Shown: in pieces, positions 63,338-64,000 of the stretch
Layout: every line of letters starts with the position of its first letter
Numbering within the stretch: position 1 is the stretch's first letter
Source: Iphione sp. A-MEVVRFRX5
Taxonomy: Eukaryota
DNA: 64,000 nt
Direction of reading: 5' to 3'
Assembly (NCBI GenBank): GCA_976226885.1
Contig: OZ320313.1
Coordinates: 115,816,001-115,880,000 of the forward strand
The notes under the pieces: model-generated
What the model was told of the DNA's origin: nothing
Seen by the model: the letters and a program-made list of their open reading frames with translations, nothing else
Database searches by the model: none
Position numbers and translations under genes: made by a program

Positions 63338-64000
63338 CACCTCCGTTACAAATACGCCCCCAGTGAGGATTTTAGGAAGTATCAGTGAACCCCATTTGTC
63401 GCACGAAAATTTCTAGTCCTATAGTTTAAGTTGCAGTTTAACTATTTGATAGTTACTCTGATATCAGAACATCAGACCAAGTATGTCCTGAATTTATGGT
63501 TTCATTAAAGGAATAAGACAAACAGTGCAATTTGAACCGCAGTGTCGGTTAAGAGTGGCCAACAATGGCTCAGGACACAGTACACGTTCTATTCTAGATC
63601 GAAAACACGTTACTCTGCCCTACTATATCTAATGTGAGGTATGAATCACAAGGATGTGCCACTTTCACAAGCCGTATAATCACGTGATTGATTAGTAGGC
63701 AATCGAAACTGCTTCATCAACTAGCTGAACGAGTTGGTGTGGTGACTTCGGTATTGGTAGGCAGCCATATGCCCTCCATCTAATGGATAAGCACAGAGCC
63801 GCCGGCAGTTGATTGATGAGTGTTTCACATAATTGGTGCACAAATCTGCTGACTCACAAGCGTAAGCTGCCTCCTTTTATCCTGCAAGACAACGACATAA
63901 TAAAGACGGGCATGAAATGTGTCATACAACCACTATGCACGGCAGTTGTTTTCTTACATTAGATGTGAAGGGTACACGGGCACCAGGACTGCCTGTAGTA

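Overview
Metazoan genomic DNA, AT-rich and repeat-laden; most likely a lophotrochozoan invertebrate (inference from the nAChR sequence). The left ~46 kb holds a nicotinic acetylcholine receptor non-alpha subunit gene (Drosophila beta1 / nematode UNC-29 type) on the minus strand. Four exons are securely placed (39328-39470, 16713-16757, 8784-8893, 2605-3607). There is a candidate signal-peptide exon at 45273-45357, and the last (M4) exon lies left of the window. The 22.6 kb intron contains an antisense, young-looking CR1-group LINE (~24.2-29.84 kb) with an uninterrupted endonuclease/reverse-transcriptase ORF2 and a poly(A) tail. Its ORF1 region is unusual: a NADAR (YbiA-like) domain ORF overlaps, in the +1 frame, an SGNH-esterase ORF. 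The same GTGGC-NNN-GCCAC hairpin occurs after the ORF1 region and three times in the 3' UTR. The NADAR-carrying LINE is the best candidate for an undescribed system. The rest is MITEs, a Helentron-like element, microsatellites, fold-backs, weak decayed TE relics, and a GC-rich promoter-like segment near 58.3 kb that may start a divergent gene. All family calls come from motif recognition by eye; no searches were run.
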